From Phoronis australis (lineage: Eukaryota; Animalia; Phoronida), in assembly GCA_002633005.1 (NCBI GenBank), contig NMRA01000465.1:222472-286471 (forward strand): a stretch of 64,000 nucleotides of DNA, in the 5' to 3' direction. Both the position numbers and the translations under genes were made by a program. A model generated the notes under the pieces. The model made no database searches. It saw only the letters and a program-made list of their open reading frames with translations, and had not been told where the DNA came from. The first letter of the stretch is position 1. Every line of letters starts with the position of its first letter. This document shows positions 36,590-50,707 of the stretch, piece after piece.

Positions 36590-39500
36590 ATGAAATCGAT
36601 TATCAAGGATTTCTGGGTGGCACTATTTCTGTATATGGTCACTGTGGTGAGTTAAGTCACTGCATGAAACCTAACATGCAAACAACATAAAAGTATGCTA
36701 ACTCTTCGTAATCGTTTAGTTCTCATAGATGGCTACAAAATTGCAAAAAAGTCTTTTTCTGGGACCTTGAGCATCGGAATTCTAGCAATTCCTCCAGTCC
36801 ATTACGGTATTTAAAATTATGGAGAAATTTGACTTTTTAGAAAATGTCAGGAACTAATTGTTTCTCTCGGAAGCTTTAAAGCATTCAGTTTCCAATTAGA
36901 AGACTTAAACTGGTTAAAAATGACCATTGAGAAACCAAAATTGCGCTTAGATATATATGTTAAAAACGACTATTTTTAGAAGAGTAAATATGTCTGGTGG
37001 TGTCTCAGATGTCCATCATAGCTCGATTTAAAGCAGGTATTCTACCACTGTAGGTTTGGTTGGGGCGGTACTTCGGAGTTTTTGTGAATGAATGGATTTG
37101 TCGTGTTTATAAAAGCGAAATTGAAGATGAAGCACATTTCATCTTTGGTTGTGAAAAATGTACTCATATTCGACCATTTTATGTTGCCTTACCTCAAATA
37201 TTCCAAAACATTTTGAAAGATCTATCGAGCTTCATTCAAGGCACTTTGGTGGTTAGAAGTAATTATTTGTTTGTAAACTAGTCTCAAAATGTCCGATTTA
37301 ACTGTGTGCATTATATTACATTATGGTTTAACTGTTAGATGGTAACTGAGTAAACCCATTAAGATTGGGGGATGTGGTGAATATTTTGTATTTGTCACAG
37401 TGTTTTCACTGGCACCCTTATGTCACTATAATCAATAGATTATTAATACAATGAAAGGTTGCTTATAGTACCTTTCACAACTTTTGTCTTTCTGTGTGTC
37501 TGTGTAGCTGTGAGGGTTTACTAACATACAAAAATGTCTATTACTTTTAATAATGGCATTACTGTAATTACGAATAATTCTTGACCATTAATGACTAAGG
37601 TTCGTAAGCTCCACTCCGAACTTCCAAAAAATAATCCTTTGTACACGATTACGACTGTTGTAAAATATTTGATGGAATGTGAGAGACCAAAGATAAGCGG
37701 ATACGTTAATGTCACAGCATTTTGAGGCTATGCTCGAACTTTCATATCAACAGTAGAGCAAATGTCATTTTCGAAACACAATCATTTTATCAAAATTATA
37801 CACCATTTGACGAGCTAAATTCAGTATTGCCAAAATACTCACTGGCATTTAGGATAAGCATTGCGACGTCTTTAAAAATAACAAACATTTCACAACCAGG
37901 AGAAAACATGACGTCAACACTGAGGAAATCAGGTGTGTCATTTTGGCCTTGTAAACAATATACAACCATGAAAACTGTTGGCAACAGACTTCTCGAAATT
38001 TCACATTCAGCAAAGCACACTAGAAGTTGTTCGTCGTTTTAAGCAAAAACACGCATTTATTACACTTAAGCCAGCTTGTGCATGTTGTCTTTAAACAGTA
38101 CGTACACGCTGGCGAAATGAAATAATGCCAAATGTTCATGTAACTTCAGAGGAAATTTTCCAATGCATTAAACACCAATGTAACCCGATAAAACGCCGAG
38201 AAAAATACACTGTAAGCGTCTGAACATGTCCCGAGAGCTGTTTTCACGTAATGGTTAAGGATTGTGTCACACTCTAAAAGACCAGAGACCAAGGAATTCC
38301 ATGTAATCCTATGCGTACAAGGACAAATGCACCTGAGACAGTGATAAACGTTCTCCCACTATAATTTTCTGTGAACCTACACAAGACGTTACCTGATAGG
38401 AAAAGATTCTCAGCCGAGTTGACGGTACCTCCCCACCAATCAATGCCCTACCGTGAACTATGTACTTTCCATCAACAGGCAGTGCAAGGACAACTCTTTA
38501 AAAGATCGTCTGAGCTCATGCAGATTCTCAAAAAGGAAGCGACTCGTTCCGGAGGGGCTTCCATGGAAAAGCTAATAGCTACAGGCTTTGAAATGGCCGT
38601 AAGTGAGTAACATCTATTTGCAGTTTGAAGCAAAAGAACACGTGCGTCGTTGCGAGTGTGTGGCGATATGTAGGCATGGCATTTGACAAACAGGATACAA
38701 AACAATATTTGTCCCCATGGCATTCACGAGCCATTTGCAGCGAAATATCTTGTTATATGCTATTGAACAAGGAAATCGAAAGCGTTTCTCTTAAAAATAA
38801 ATAATTCGCGCCACGTTATCCAAGCCCTTTAGTGGTAACCGTTTTACTTGAGCTGACACGTTACAAGCAAGATTACGTGTAACAGAGTATCCTTTCACTT
38901 GCGTGATTTCGACGAATTTTAAGAAATCACAATGACAGAGTTCAGCTTTGATCGAATTATGTCTGCCAAATCATACCAAAAGTACCTGCCACAATGGCCT
39001 CACGTTTCCATTGCAGCTCAAAGAATTAAAAACGGTACGTTTGCAAACGCTCAAACTAGCGATGAAGCAGAATTCGTACTGATCGAGTTGGATTTGAAGT
39101 TGACAGTGGAGCAGACAGCAAGTCTGTTTCCTGGTCGATTTCATCGCATGGCAGGTGCTGGCGGGTGAGTAAAGAATCCAAGATGTCGAACGTTGCCATA
39201 GAGACAGGAAGCACTGAGCACTCATTGGGTTTTGTCTCGCGGTCCACGCATCACAAGGCTTGACATCTTCCTTTTACTCTGTTGAAAACCGTTTGGACAA
39301 AAGAAAAAAATGAGAACGCTTTTACCTCAAAAGTGAAATAGAAATTTTATCCAGACTCACATTTTGCGCCATTCACTTCCACCCAAGAAGAAACCAGGCT
39401 AAAAAGGGTCAAATCCCGCAAAATCGACACTTTCAGTTCCAAACCACCAATTGCCAGAAATGAGGTACCACTAGATTCTAAACGCAATTTTTACCACAAA

Positions 39501-42500
39501 TTAACAAATTTGATCGGAAAAGCTGCCACCCTATCAGACTTTTTTGTAATTTTGGGTTGTTTGAGAACTACTGAAAATATTCGCTGCAGATTCTTCAGTC
39601 ATTGACTTGTAATCCAACTCTGCCATACGGTATCGCAATTTTCAAGAATAAGAAATCTACCATCAGCCTAACTGCTAGACTGAATAATGTTCACGAGTAC
39701 ATGAAAAGAAGATCCGTTGAGCCTTCTTGCAGTGTACAATACCTCAAAACTGCCGCCAACTCTAGCTTACCAGACAGATTTATTTTCTGGGGAGTGTAAG
39801 CGTAGCGTTTGGTACCGAACTTTATTCCATTTTACATATGGCTAGGTACCGGTATACCGAATGTCATGCTTTTGTCACTCGAACAGTTAGTGGATTTTTT
39901 GGTTCTTAGACGTTGCAGTATGGTATTCATTTTACACTTTTGCTTTTGTGTGATTAGAATGTCTCTTTAATCAAGTTTGTTGTCGCAGTGCTGAAGACAT
40001 TAACGTTCGACACAGGGACTTATTTCGTAAAAGAAGCTTAATTCAAGTGAAAGTTCAAGCGGTCACGTGTTTTGCGAAGGCTTACGTGATCTGACAAAAC
40101 TCACTAGAAACTAGTTTTACGGAACAAAGATCTGTGTCAAAGCGCCCCATTTAGTGGCAACGAGTAGGAGCCAAAACTCAGCCCAAACAATAAGCTATTG
40201 TTTAATATTCTGGTCCCGCAGCCGGAGGCTTAAAAGAGCATCCCCTACCAAAGGTGCAGCGCTATGGCCTGACGCTACCATGCCATATACCGTAGAAGGA
40301 TTTACTTGGAGTAAGTTAAGTGTTCGTATTTCTTTATTGTTAGTAACTGCTTTGCTCCCATATCTTATACCTATAATCAGCCGACACAGGGATTTTGGAG
40401 AAAGGACCTGGACTCTTCTCCAGAAATAAAGTTTTCTTCAAGTAGCTGTTGCACCTTGGCATGAACTTTTTGTTTGGCCCCCTGCTGGTACAACCTGTTA
40501 CCACAAACAGCGTCAAGGTTAAAGAGAACGTCATCTATGAGGCAATTTCTTTTTTAGCTAATTCTTTAATGAACTGTTAGGCTACATATGTGGCACAGCT
40601 AATTATCGGAATTAGTTTCACTCACTTAGTCATGATTTTAATATTTCAATATCAGCAAACCAAAGTTTTGGACAAACTGCTTAGGCGATGGTATCGTCAT
40701 CTCCCGAATGGTCGCGAAAAGTTTAGCAAATAGCGCGTGCGCGTGATACAGACCCAAAACGTGCCGAGAGTGGCGTAGATGAAGTAATACCCGATACGCG
40801 GAATTGTATATAGTGGGATATTAGTTCATCTACGCCAATCGAGGTACGTTTTGTATTTATCCCATACGCTGTGAATTCTTAAGTTTCTTTCATTTTTAGG
40901 GCAGATTTTATAAATACTTCACTCACATTAAGTTACAAGTTTTCTTTAATGAATATAGTGGTTCGCTTTCTGGGCTAAATGTCTGTATTTAATGTATTGT
41001 CATTTATTTATGTAGCAATATAAAGAAACAGTTTTTAATGTAACGATTTACTACTTCTAAAGAGAAAACAAAGTTGAAGACAACGAGAATTGGGCATTGA
41101 ACTTGCAATATTTCCTGAAAATAGTTTAATAACAAAAATATTTGGCACAGTAGTTACTAAGGAATCAGCACCTGAGTTGCAGACAATATAATAGTTAGCA
41201 AATAAAACTGAGATAGAAGTGTCGTATTATGAACCGGATATTACTCTTTTCAACATGTATGAGATAAAAGAACTCCGACGACTCGCTGGTTCCCTATGTG
41301 TGCGCTAGGGGGAAGGAGACATGCAGGGGTCATTCAGTTTTATCATTGTCTGATGTAACCCCGGTAGTCATTGGTTAATGGATACACAACAGTTCTCACA
41401 GGGGTTTGCCTATCAGGACACACGTCACTGGACTCGTCACCACTCCTTCATTGTGTTAAAAGTTTTGAGTCATTTCACATCACAATCCTTACAGATGAGC
41501 ACAGACATTTAAATAAATACTCTCTCTTGTATTTTTGACCATTAACCTCCTACTGAAAAGCAAGGTGGACTAAAAAGGGGTAAAACGTAAAGTCGGCACT
41601 TCTCACCCCAAAACCATCACTTTTCTGCAGATGATCGACTAAACACAAATTAGGTTATGAAATCAAATGTCCTACCAATTCCAAAAATGTGTCCCAAAAC
41701 TAACGTCAACTACCTAGTTTTTGCCAATCTAGCTTGTTTGGGGACTACCTGAAATCGCAGCCAATTTCTCAGACGCTACCCAGCAACGCACAATTGCAAC
41801 AGGGAATCGTCATTTTGAAGAAGAGTGCAGTTACAGCCGAGCAAGTGGTGTTTTTTTCGTTCTCAACATTGTTCACAAATACGATCAAACCACATTCACT
41901 TAGCCTACGTGCAATACCTAGCTAAAAATGCCCCCAAGCCTGGTCTACCTCTAGATTTTAATATTTTGGGAACTCAAATTGGCCGCGGCCGCAGCTTAAC
42001 TGTTCAGCGCCACCTCAGATTTACAACAAAGAATAAGAATAGCGGACGGTGAACAATTTTTAACATTTTCAATGTCTTTGTAAATCAACCTTTCTCTCTG
42101 CAGTGTCAATTACTTCAGAAAGATCGAATTAAATAGTCTGCGACCTGGGCAGTTTATGAGCTTGATTTTGGTAACATAATGACAGCTACGTAAACAAAAG
42201 TCATAGACAGTAGAAAAATGTACACCGAAAAAGCACAACAACAACTTTCCGATTCACATTTCTTGAACCGAAAAAACACAACCACAGCTTTCCGATTCAC
42301 ATTTCTTGAACATATCCCAATTAAGCACAGCCGATTTGTCTGTGCAACAGACCAGAAAGTATTTCCACATGTACACTTCCTCCATTAGCCATGCCAGTTT
42401 GTTAAGTAAACGTATAAAGCGCCACTTTTTGTCAATTCGATCAGCCGGTGTAAAAAAGTTTGCCGGAGAAAATTAAATGATAACTGCGTGTTACCTTCCG

Positions 42501-45500
42501 CCTAACGGACATGTAGGGAACATAGATGAAAACATGACATCCGCCTAGGATACTTGTTAAGAAAGTTGGAATTAACAATGGAACTTTGCATATTGGCGGC
42601 CTTAATTTGCATAATGCTCAAGGGTTGCAAATTGTCATCTTCTTTAAAATTGTTTTGCACTTAGACGGGTGTAACAGCAAGGTGAGTGTCGATTGACACT
42701 CAAATTTTGCGTATGCCGTCCGGTGGTTAGCTTTGCATGTTGTCACAGGTGTTATGACGACGTGACGTGCAGAACTGCCCGGAAAAACGTGAAAATTCGA
42801 AGTCAATGTGCTCACAAAGCGATTGCTAGTTGTACGTTTTAAAAAGAGATTGAGCATTTAAAACGTTATTTGTCATACAGCTAGATGCTGGGCAAGGTGA
42901 GCTCATGACAATCGGCACAGCCACAGGACCCGTGGAAAGTCAATAAAAGAAAGACTAATGTAAACGACAAGTCATTTAAGGGAACATTTATCAATTGGCC
43001 TGTATATTTCTGTAAGGATGCCCATATCTGTCAGCCTAAACGAACTCGAAAAGGTGCTTTCTTAATCACACTTCATTCGAAAATGCTGAGAAGTCTTGTC
43101 GTTCGCGAATTCTCCAAAATTTTACTTTTCAAAAGATTCCATTCTGTCGTTCTCTTCATTCATTTTTTGAAATTTCAAATCACATGGCATCAATTTGGAG
43201 CCTGTGCAAAAATATCCCTTTTATAGACTCCAGAATGAAAACAAATTTTTTATACCCAAAAATACTATTCGTCGACCTTTCTTATTTCCTTCTTCCAGGG
43301 GTTACAAAAACACGTGCAAGTCATATTTATACTTCGTGGCCTGCACGAGGCGTTCGGTTCATTCCATTCTCATTTGCTACCTAATTCTACCAGTGCTATA
43401 GTGGTAAAATTAGAGGAAAGTAGGCGCCCAGAGACCACCTCATTACCTTGAGCACTGAAAGTAACTTACGGTGCGTAGGCGATACGTTCAAACGCGAAAA
43501 GGTGGTTGGCTGCGCTTGCGTGCGCCTACGCCCCACTACAGCACTTAATTCTACGCAATATACCTTAGGAAATTTCCTTTATGCAAACTCAATTTCACCC
43601 TGAAACATTGTTTCTTCAAGCTGATCGGGACGACGCGAAAATTCTCCGTATGGCAATGAGCGAATGGGAAGCGTACACGTGCTTCAAATTTAAGCCGAAG
43701 ACTCCAAGTGATAAGTACTTCACACATATTCGCAGGGGAACAGGAGGATGCATGTCGGCGTACGGATTTATCAAAGAGAGCCCTCAGTACATTGACTTTT
43801 ACGAACATGGTTGCCGATATGTAAGTTTACTTAGGTCACGTGAGTATCAAAAAATGAAGTTCTACAGTTGAAGGCCGTACTGTGCGCCACAGTCCGAATA
43901 TTAGGGACACCCCTTTGTACCAGGAGGGTATCCATCCAGTTCAGTGTACTAACAGCACTGTATATGAATGCCGGCCGCTAAGGCCCTTTTCGCCCAGGAC
44001 CGATTCACAGGGCGGTTCACGGCGGTTTAGTGATACACTATAATCCACTGAGAAAAGTATTAAACAGTTTTGAACAAGGCTTTTCAAAGGCCGATCCGAA
44101 GGGGGTTAAGAGGTCCGGCCCCCCATTTTTCCCCTTGATCTTAGTGATATCAAATCTAGAATTTACAAATTGTTGACTTAGACCCCCCTTTTAAAAAATC
44201 CTGGGTCCACCTCTGTTTTTGGTGCCTTTTGTATTCATTTCAAATCAACGAAAGAAAATATTATGTTTTTTTTGCAAAACGTTCCTTATTAATTAACAAT
44301 TCGTGTGGTTTTGTATTTCATGTTGTTCACAAATCTATAAAACTGTATTGGGCGCCCATCCTACAGGGGTATAGCATCATATTCTGTTTTCCTTTTGTCT
44401 TCTCCGACGTTTTCTCCTTTCATTTTCAGGGGTTCCCAGTCATGAGATTAGCTACCACTCTTTCATTGTTTTCTTTTGATCTTTCACTATGCATTTTGCG
44501 TTGTCGTGAAGTTTGTTTTCGTTCGTGCGCACGCAACAGGTCGCCTTTTTGTCCGATTTGAAATACATACACGGTGTGTATGCGGGGAGGGATATATGCA
44601 GATTTGCAAAAATTTAGAACTTTATGACAAGTTTTTGCAATTTGGTACAATGCTAGACATAAGCAAAGGAAATTCACAAAACATCGCTAACAAACTGTGC
44701 TAACCCCCTGGTGGCCGCTATGTACAAAATCCAACATGGGCGTTGCCGAAAATGGAAATTGGTTTATATCGGCTAATATTATCACTAGAACATAATGTAA
44801 TACCATGTTTTCAACATTTTTGGGGGTGAGGAGTTCATTTCTGATGTTAGTTTTATGTTTTGAGGTCATTTAAAGCTTTGTACTCTGTCTTCAGTCTCAA
44901 CATGTCAAACGTTTGGCCCCGCACACTGTCTCCAGACAGAAAATATCAAACGCCTGGTCCCGTACAGCTTCATTCCTCCATCTATTGGTTATATTATTTT
45001 TGTTTGTTCGAATCATGCTGTATAAAATGTATGGGTAGCTAATTTAGTCATTGATTTTACTTTTTTCGAATTAATAATTTCATATCTGTCTCTGACAAAA
45101 TCCATTTTGTTGAAAACATTGTCTCAACATGAGTGACGACAATCCCGTCAAAATCCCTAAAAGAAAGGACACCAACTGGTCACTGCCACTAACGATCTTA
45201 CAAAGAACTGCAATGCCCATATAAATGGATGTGTAATCACAGTTCCTATCAAACACTTGAAGACGTTTTGAAACGTTTTGTCGACAGTGACGTACCTTTA
45301 CCATTGGGAGTGAACTTGGGTGCCTGAAAGCTAAATATCACAACGGATAGTCATACATTGTGTAACGAGACTTACCTGGGAAGACTGACAGTGAAGAGAA
45401 TCCGAGTTCGGAAAAAAACGATCAAGATTAATGCACATCTTGATCGCACCAATATGCAGCATGTCTGCTGCGAGAAGTTTCTAGATAAGGACGATGAACA

Positions 45501-48500
45501 AATATACAGAGCAAGACGTCGAAACTGTAACAAATACACTCAACAGATGGATTACAAAATCCAAGAAATGGGTGGTACCTGCACGTTTAAACACCGCTCT
45601 TGATGATGAGGCTGGTAATGTCCAAAATCACATATCTCAATATACTCAGCTGAAGAATGATGCTCGAGCAGCCCAAACCAAGTCGTCATGTGCAAATGAA
45701 ACCTGTGTTAGTCGGCAATGCGATCCTTTGGTAATCAGCAAGTAGCATATGTACTGTTCAACCGTTGCACCTTCAAGCCTGCTGACTTGGGAAAGCTTTT
45801 TGATCATCGTCTGGAGCTGCTGGACTCGGATTGGATTGGCGTGTATGTACACTCAAAAAAGTTCAAAGAATATATTATAGAAAAGGACACGATTGGTCTG
45901 AATACTCAATGGGTCGTGATATTAACACCTCTCATAAGAAGACAGTTAGCGCCGTTGTGGCAGAGACTGTACATCTCCAGGTTACTGAAGACAAGGCTAA
46001 GAAGAGTGGTGAAGTTGGTGTCCCGCTTCTACTACAATCGCCATTCCATGGATCATTGAACTAAAATTGTTTCAGTGATCCAGTTCCCAAACCTTTTCTG
46101 ACCCCTCTAGATGTCCAGATTTTGAGCTTTATTGAGGAAAAGGCGATGAACAACACGAGTGCCAGGATGAAAGTCGCTTGCACTATCTCTCAGCTGATAT
46201 ACAGCAATGCCGCAAAACAAGATAGCAAAGTTGTTACTTTCTATCAACATAAGGAGAGAGAAAGGTACCCTTTCCATTGTATGTGGGGTTGAAGATGCAT
46301 GCCAACGATCATGAGTTACGTATGCCAGTGTCATACTACCGTGCCATGGGTGTCAGAGAGGAACTTGCTGTATCTGTGTCAAAGCAGTTTGCCGAGGATG
46401 GCATGAATTGATATTTGAAGGCACAACGACTCCATCCTCGAGTATTCAGACCAATCAAGTCCCAGTTTTCTATTATGTTCTTTGAACCTTTCTGTGCGTA
46501 AATACACACATACCCAATCACAGTCCAGCTGGTCAAGGCGGGAGTCATAAAGCTTTCTCAAGTCAGTAAGCTTGAAGGTGCATTGGTTGAGCTGCACAAA
46601 TGTTGCTGGCTACAAAGGACCGTTCTGATGACTAACATGGGTTTCTTTTTGCACACAATGACTTGGACTGGACTGCTCAAGCATCGTTCTTCAGCTGAAG
46701 GTAACATGACTTGTAATAATGGACACCACCAGCCTCAGCGTCAGTGCCACCTAGTTCTAAGATTCTGTAATCAATCTTTTGACATTTTTGCTACAGCTTT
46801 GACATCTAGCTCTGTATATTTGCTTATCATTTTCATTTTGAAACTTCTCACAGCAGACACACTGCATATTGGTGCGATCGAGACCTGCAATAAACTTGAC
46901 CAATTCTCTTCACTATCACATACTTCCCTGGTACATTTCCAATTCTCGCTGTACAATGTATGAGCGAAGGCGTCCTCACGTCCTTGTGGTATTTAGCTTC
47001 ATTATTTAGAAATGTTTTAGCAATTCGTGAACCATCATGCATGCACTCCAAGTTCACTCACCATGGAAAAGATACATCATTGTCGAAAAAACGGAAGGAA
47101 ACAATGGGTAGATGGTGATTCTGGTAATAGAACTACAAAATCTAATTCAAGTTGTCAGCTCCGTTTAACAGTGCGCAACGAAAGTGCTGCCTCCAGAGGC
47201 AGGTGCTGCGTCCAGAGGCAGGTGCTGCCTCCAGAGGCAGGTGCTGCCTCCAGAGGCAGGTGCTGCCTCCAGAGGCAGGTGCTGCCTCCAGAGGCAGGTG
47301 CTGCCTCCAGAGGCAGGTGCTGCCTCCAGAGGCAGGTGCTGCCTCCAGAGGCAGGTGCTGCCTCCAGAGGCAGGTGCTGCCTCCAGAGGCAGGTGCTGCC
47401 TCCAGAGGCAGGTGCTGCCTCCAGAGGCAGGTGCTGCCTCCAGAGGCAGGTGCTGCCTCCAGAGGCAGGTGCTGCCTCCAGAGGCAGGTGCTGCCTCCAG
47501 AGGCAGGTGCTGCCTCCAGAGGCAGGTGCTGCCTCCAGAGGCAGGTGCTGCCTCCAGAGGCAGGTGCTGCCTCCAGAGGCAGGTGCTGCCTCCAGAGGCA
47601 GGTGCTGCCTCCAGAGGCAGGTGCTGCCTCCAGAGGCAGGTGCTGCCTCCAGAGGCAGGTGCTGCCTCCAGAGGCAGGTGCTGCCTCCAGAGGCAGGTGC
47701 TGCCTCCAGAGGCAGGTGCTGCCTCCAGAGGCAGGTGCTGCCTCCAGAGGCAGGTGCTGCCTCCAGAGGCAGGTGCTGCCTCCAGAGGCAGGTGCTGCCT
47801 CCAGAGGCAGGTGCTGCCTCCAGAGGCAGGTGCTGCCTCCAGAGGCAGGTGCTGCCTCCAGAGGCAGGTGCTGCCTCCAGAGGCAGGTGCTGCCTCCAGA
47901 GGCAGGTGCTGCCTCCAGAGGCAGGTGCTGCCTCCAGAGGCAGGTGCTGCCTCCAGAGACATGTGCTGCCTCCAGAGACATGTGCATCATCTGCCAAAAA
48001 ACGTTGTGAGTTACAGCTTACAGAAAACCACATAAAGAAAGTGAGACACGTGAAAAAGCAAAATTGCCTGTGCTCCAAATTTGGTAATAAACTACGTTAA
48101 ATTTTAGCTCAGTGTCTGATTAGAAAATTCCATGCTGTCCAAAAAGTTTTTTGGCTTGTGTCGAAAACAACTAGGAAGTCTGTTGACTGTTTGTATCAAA
48201 AGCAGTGGCAAGTGCCAATGCTGAGATAGTCGGGTACCAAGGTATATACGAACATGTCACGCACAGTTGGGTGTCATGTCATCCTCGTACGCGATAGTGC
48301 AGAGGTTGATGTTCAGAGTGTTCCGAAACTCACATTTGTTCATGAAGGGACGGGCATGATTTATTATTGCAAGCTCATTATGCTGCAGGAGGTAATCATT
48401 CTTAAGTTATCTTCAAAAACAAGGACGCAGATGTGATGGTTTTGAATTTAGCCCATGCAGATATCATTTTTCATCAGTCAAGAAGTTAAAAGGAATAGCT

Positions 48501-50642
48501 CAGAAGTCCAGAGTAATTGATTGTAGTTCCATTAATTTTTTTTTCATGGCCGAGGCTCAAGCATTGCGTGGTTTACACATGTTCATAGAAACGGTGACTC
48601 AGTTAGTGCTTTTCAAATGCAAAGGCAAGCTCAAAACTCTGCAGTTGCTGTTGGACAGTCCTGCAAGTTTTTGAGTTCAAATGCTTTTAGTGACGATGAT
48701 TTTGACCATGTCACTTGATAAGTGTATGCAGTGTTGTTCAAGGTTTTAAAAACTGTATCATTATGGAAACATGTGTGTTGATTATGACTGTCACTCAGAA
48801 CACCATTGTACTCAGTATGTCCTTCCCACACCAGCTGACAATGAACGGCAGTTTGGATAATGAGAATTATGACAATATACTAATGAAAGTGATGATGGAT
48901 AATTCATCAGAAATGCTAAGTCCTAAAAGAATGATTTTCTATACCGAACTTTGCAAAATGTCAAATATTTTAGGTTAAGTTTCACGAAAACGTGCAAGCC
49001 AAAGTCTGGGAACTTTTTAGAGCCTTAAAGTATATCACTTAATGAGACTAAAACCATAACAATTACATTGCCCCCAAAGATACCTTGGGAGTTATTTCGT
49101 AGACTCCTAAAGAGTTGAATGGATTATTGCCTAAGATCTCAGCATAGAACTCTAGTCCTGGAATGCCAGCTCCGTCTCACGGCCGCTGAGGTCGCGCCGC
49201 GCATGCTGGAGAGTTGTTTGCATTCGTTTGTTCTGGGGTGTATACTTGCTACGGAATTTACTGTCATAAAAACGGATTACCAGGTATTCTAAACCCCCTC
49301 GAACCCCACACCCCACGACCCTCTCGACCCACAACCTCCACGATCCATAACCCCTGTACCCACGACCAGTGGAAATAGATTATCTTTGCGCTTTATACAC
49401 ATTTCAAAATCCTATTACGTCGTTGAATGAAAACCCAATCTGAATTGGTGTGAAGACAGAAGATGTTTACCAGTTATCCTTCTGCTGTACATTCCTTTCC
49501 ATGATATCTATGCACCCTGTTTCCTCAGTTCCACTGCTTCAGCATATCTTCTCTCATTTTCCTGGGATCTAACTTCGTCCAGAAGCATTTTGCGCCTCTC
49601 TTTGCGTGTTGACGACTTCCACCTCATTCCCGGAACCATTCCCAATCCCTGTCTTCCGTGGCAGACGGTTCCCACGATATTTTTATGCCGTAACCTGCTC
49701 TCTGCCTCCTCCACTGCTACAGCAGCCTTCCATTTTCTTCCAGAATCTACCGATAATTCACTCTCTCTGATCATCTCATCTCTCGATTTCCGCAGAGTCA
49801 GTAATATTCTGCAATTTACCACCTTGAACTCCTCCACAATCAATGTCACTTTCAGAGATACTGCACCTCCTTTGTTGTATAAGCCGAGTTTTGGAAAGCT
49901 TAGTGGATACCTAACCACTTTTTTTAAACATCTGCTTACCTTTCCATTTTCTCTGCAGTTGAAATTGAGAAATCGTACATTGTCAGTGGTCACATAACTT
50001 TAGGGAAAAGTCCAAACTGGTAACACCAGACTTTAAATCTGCCCGAGAGACCGCTCTTCTCAATCTTGGTCAAATTCTCATTCAGCTCTTTAATGGCTGC
50101 CTTGACATGCTCCACACCTTTCAAAGACTCGCTGTAGGACTTCCCTAAGTATTCAACTGGTTTACTGCTCACTGGTGGAATGGCCTCTGATCCTATCTTG
50201 AACGTATGGTGTGGGTTGCATTTTGCCTTCACAATCACGAGGCTACGAGACTTCTCCACTTTGAAACTCATGCATGCGCAATTAGCTAGCTCGCCCAGTG
50301 TCTTGACCAACCAAGCGGCACCCACAGTGTATGATAGCATGCCATATGTCAAAATATGGGATATTTAGATAGTGTGTCATGAAGGCGGAAAAACCTGTAT
50401 TAAAAAGTGGGACAATCCGCCCAGTGGTAGGAAAATACACTGTGCGTTGACAACAACACGAAATATTGGATTAAGTTGCTTTACAAGGTAAACTTTTCAT
50501 TTTTTAAATTTTATTTCACCGGTATACTACAGATAATAGTGGGACTACTTCTCAGAAATCGAATTAACAAGAAGCATGTGGTCAAGTGACGGATAAACAT
50601 TGCACACATGAATTGTAAAAACTGTAAGAATACAAAGGCACG

Positions 50643-50707
<65 letters not shown>

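Noticed and set aside
47027-48100. Six long ORFs (265-357 aa) and a CRISPR-like palindromic repeat
   Set aside because: The ORFs arise from a stop-free 19-bp tandem repeat. The units are contiguous with no unique spacers, there are no cas genes, and the DNA is eukaryotic.
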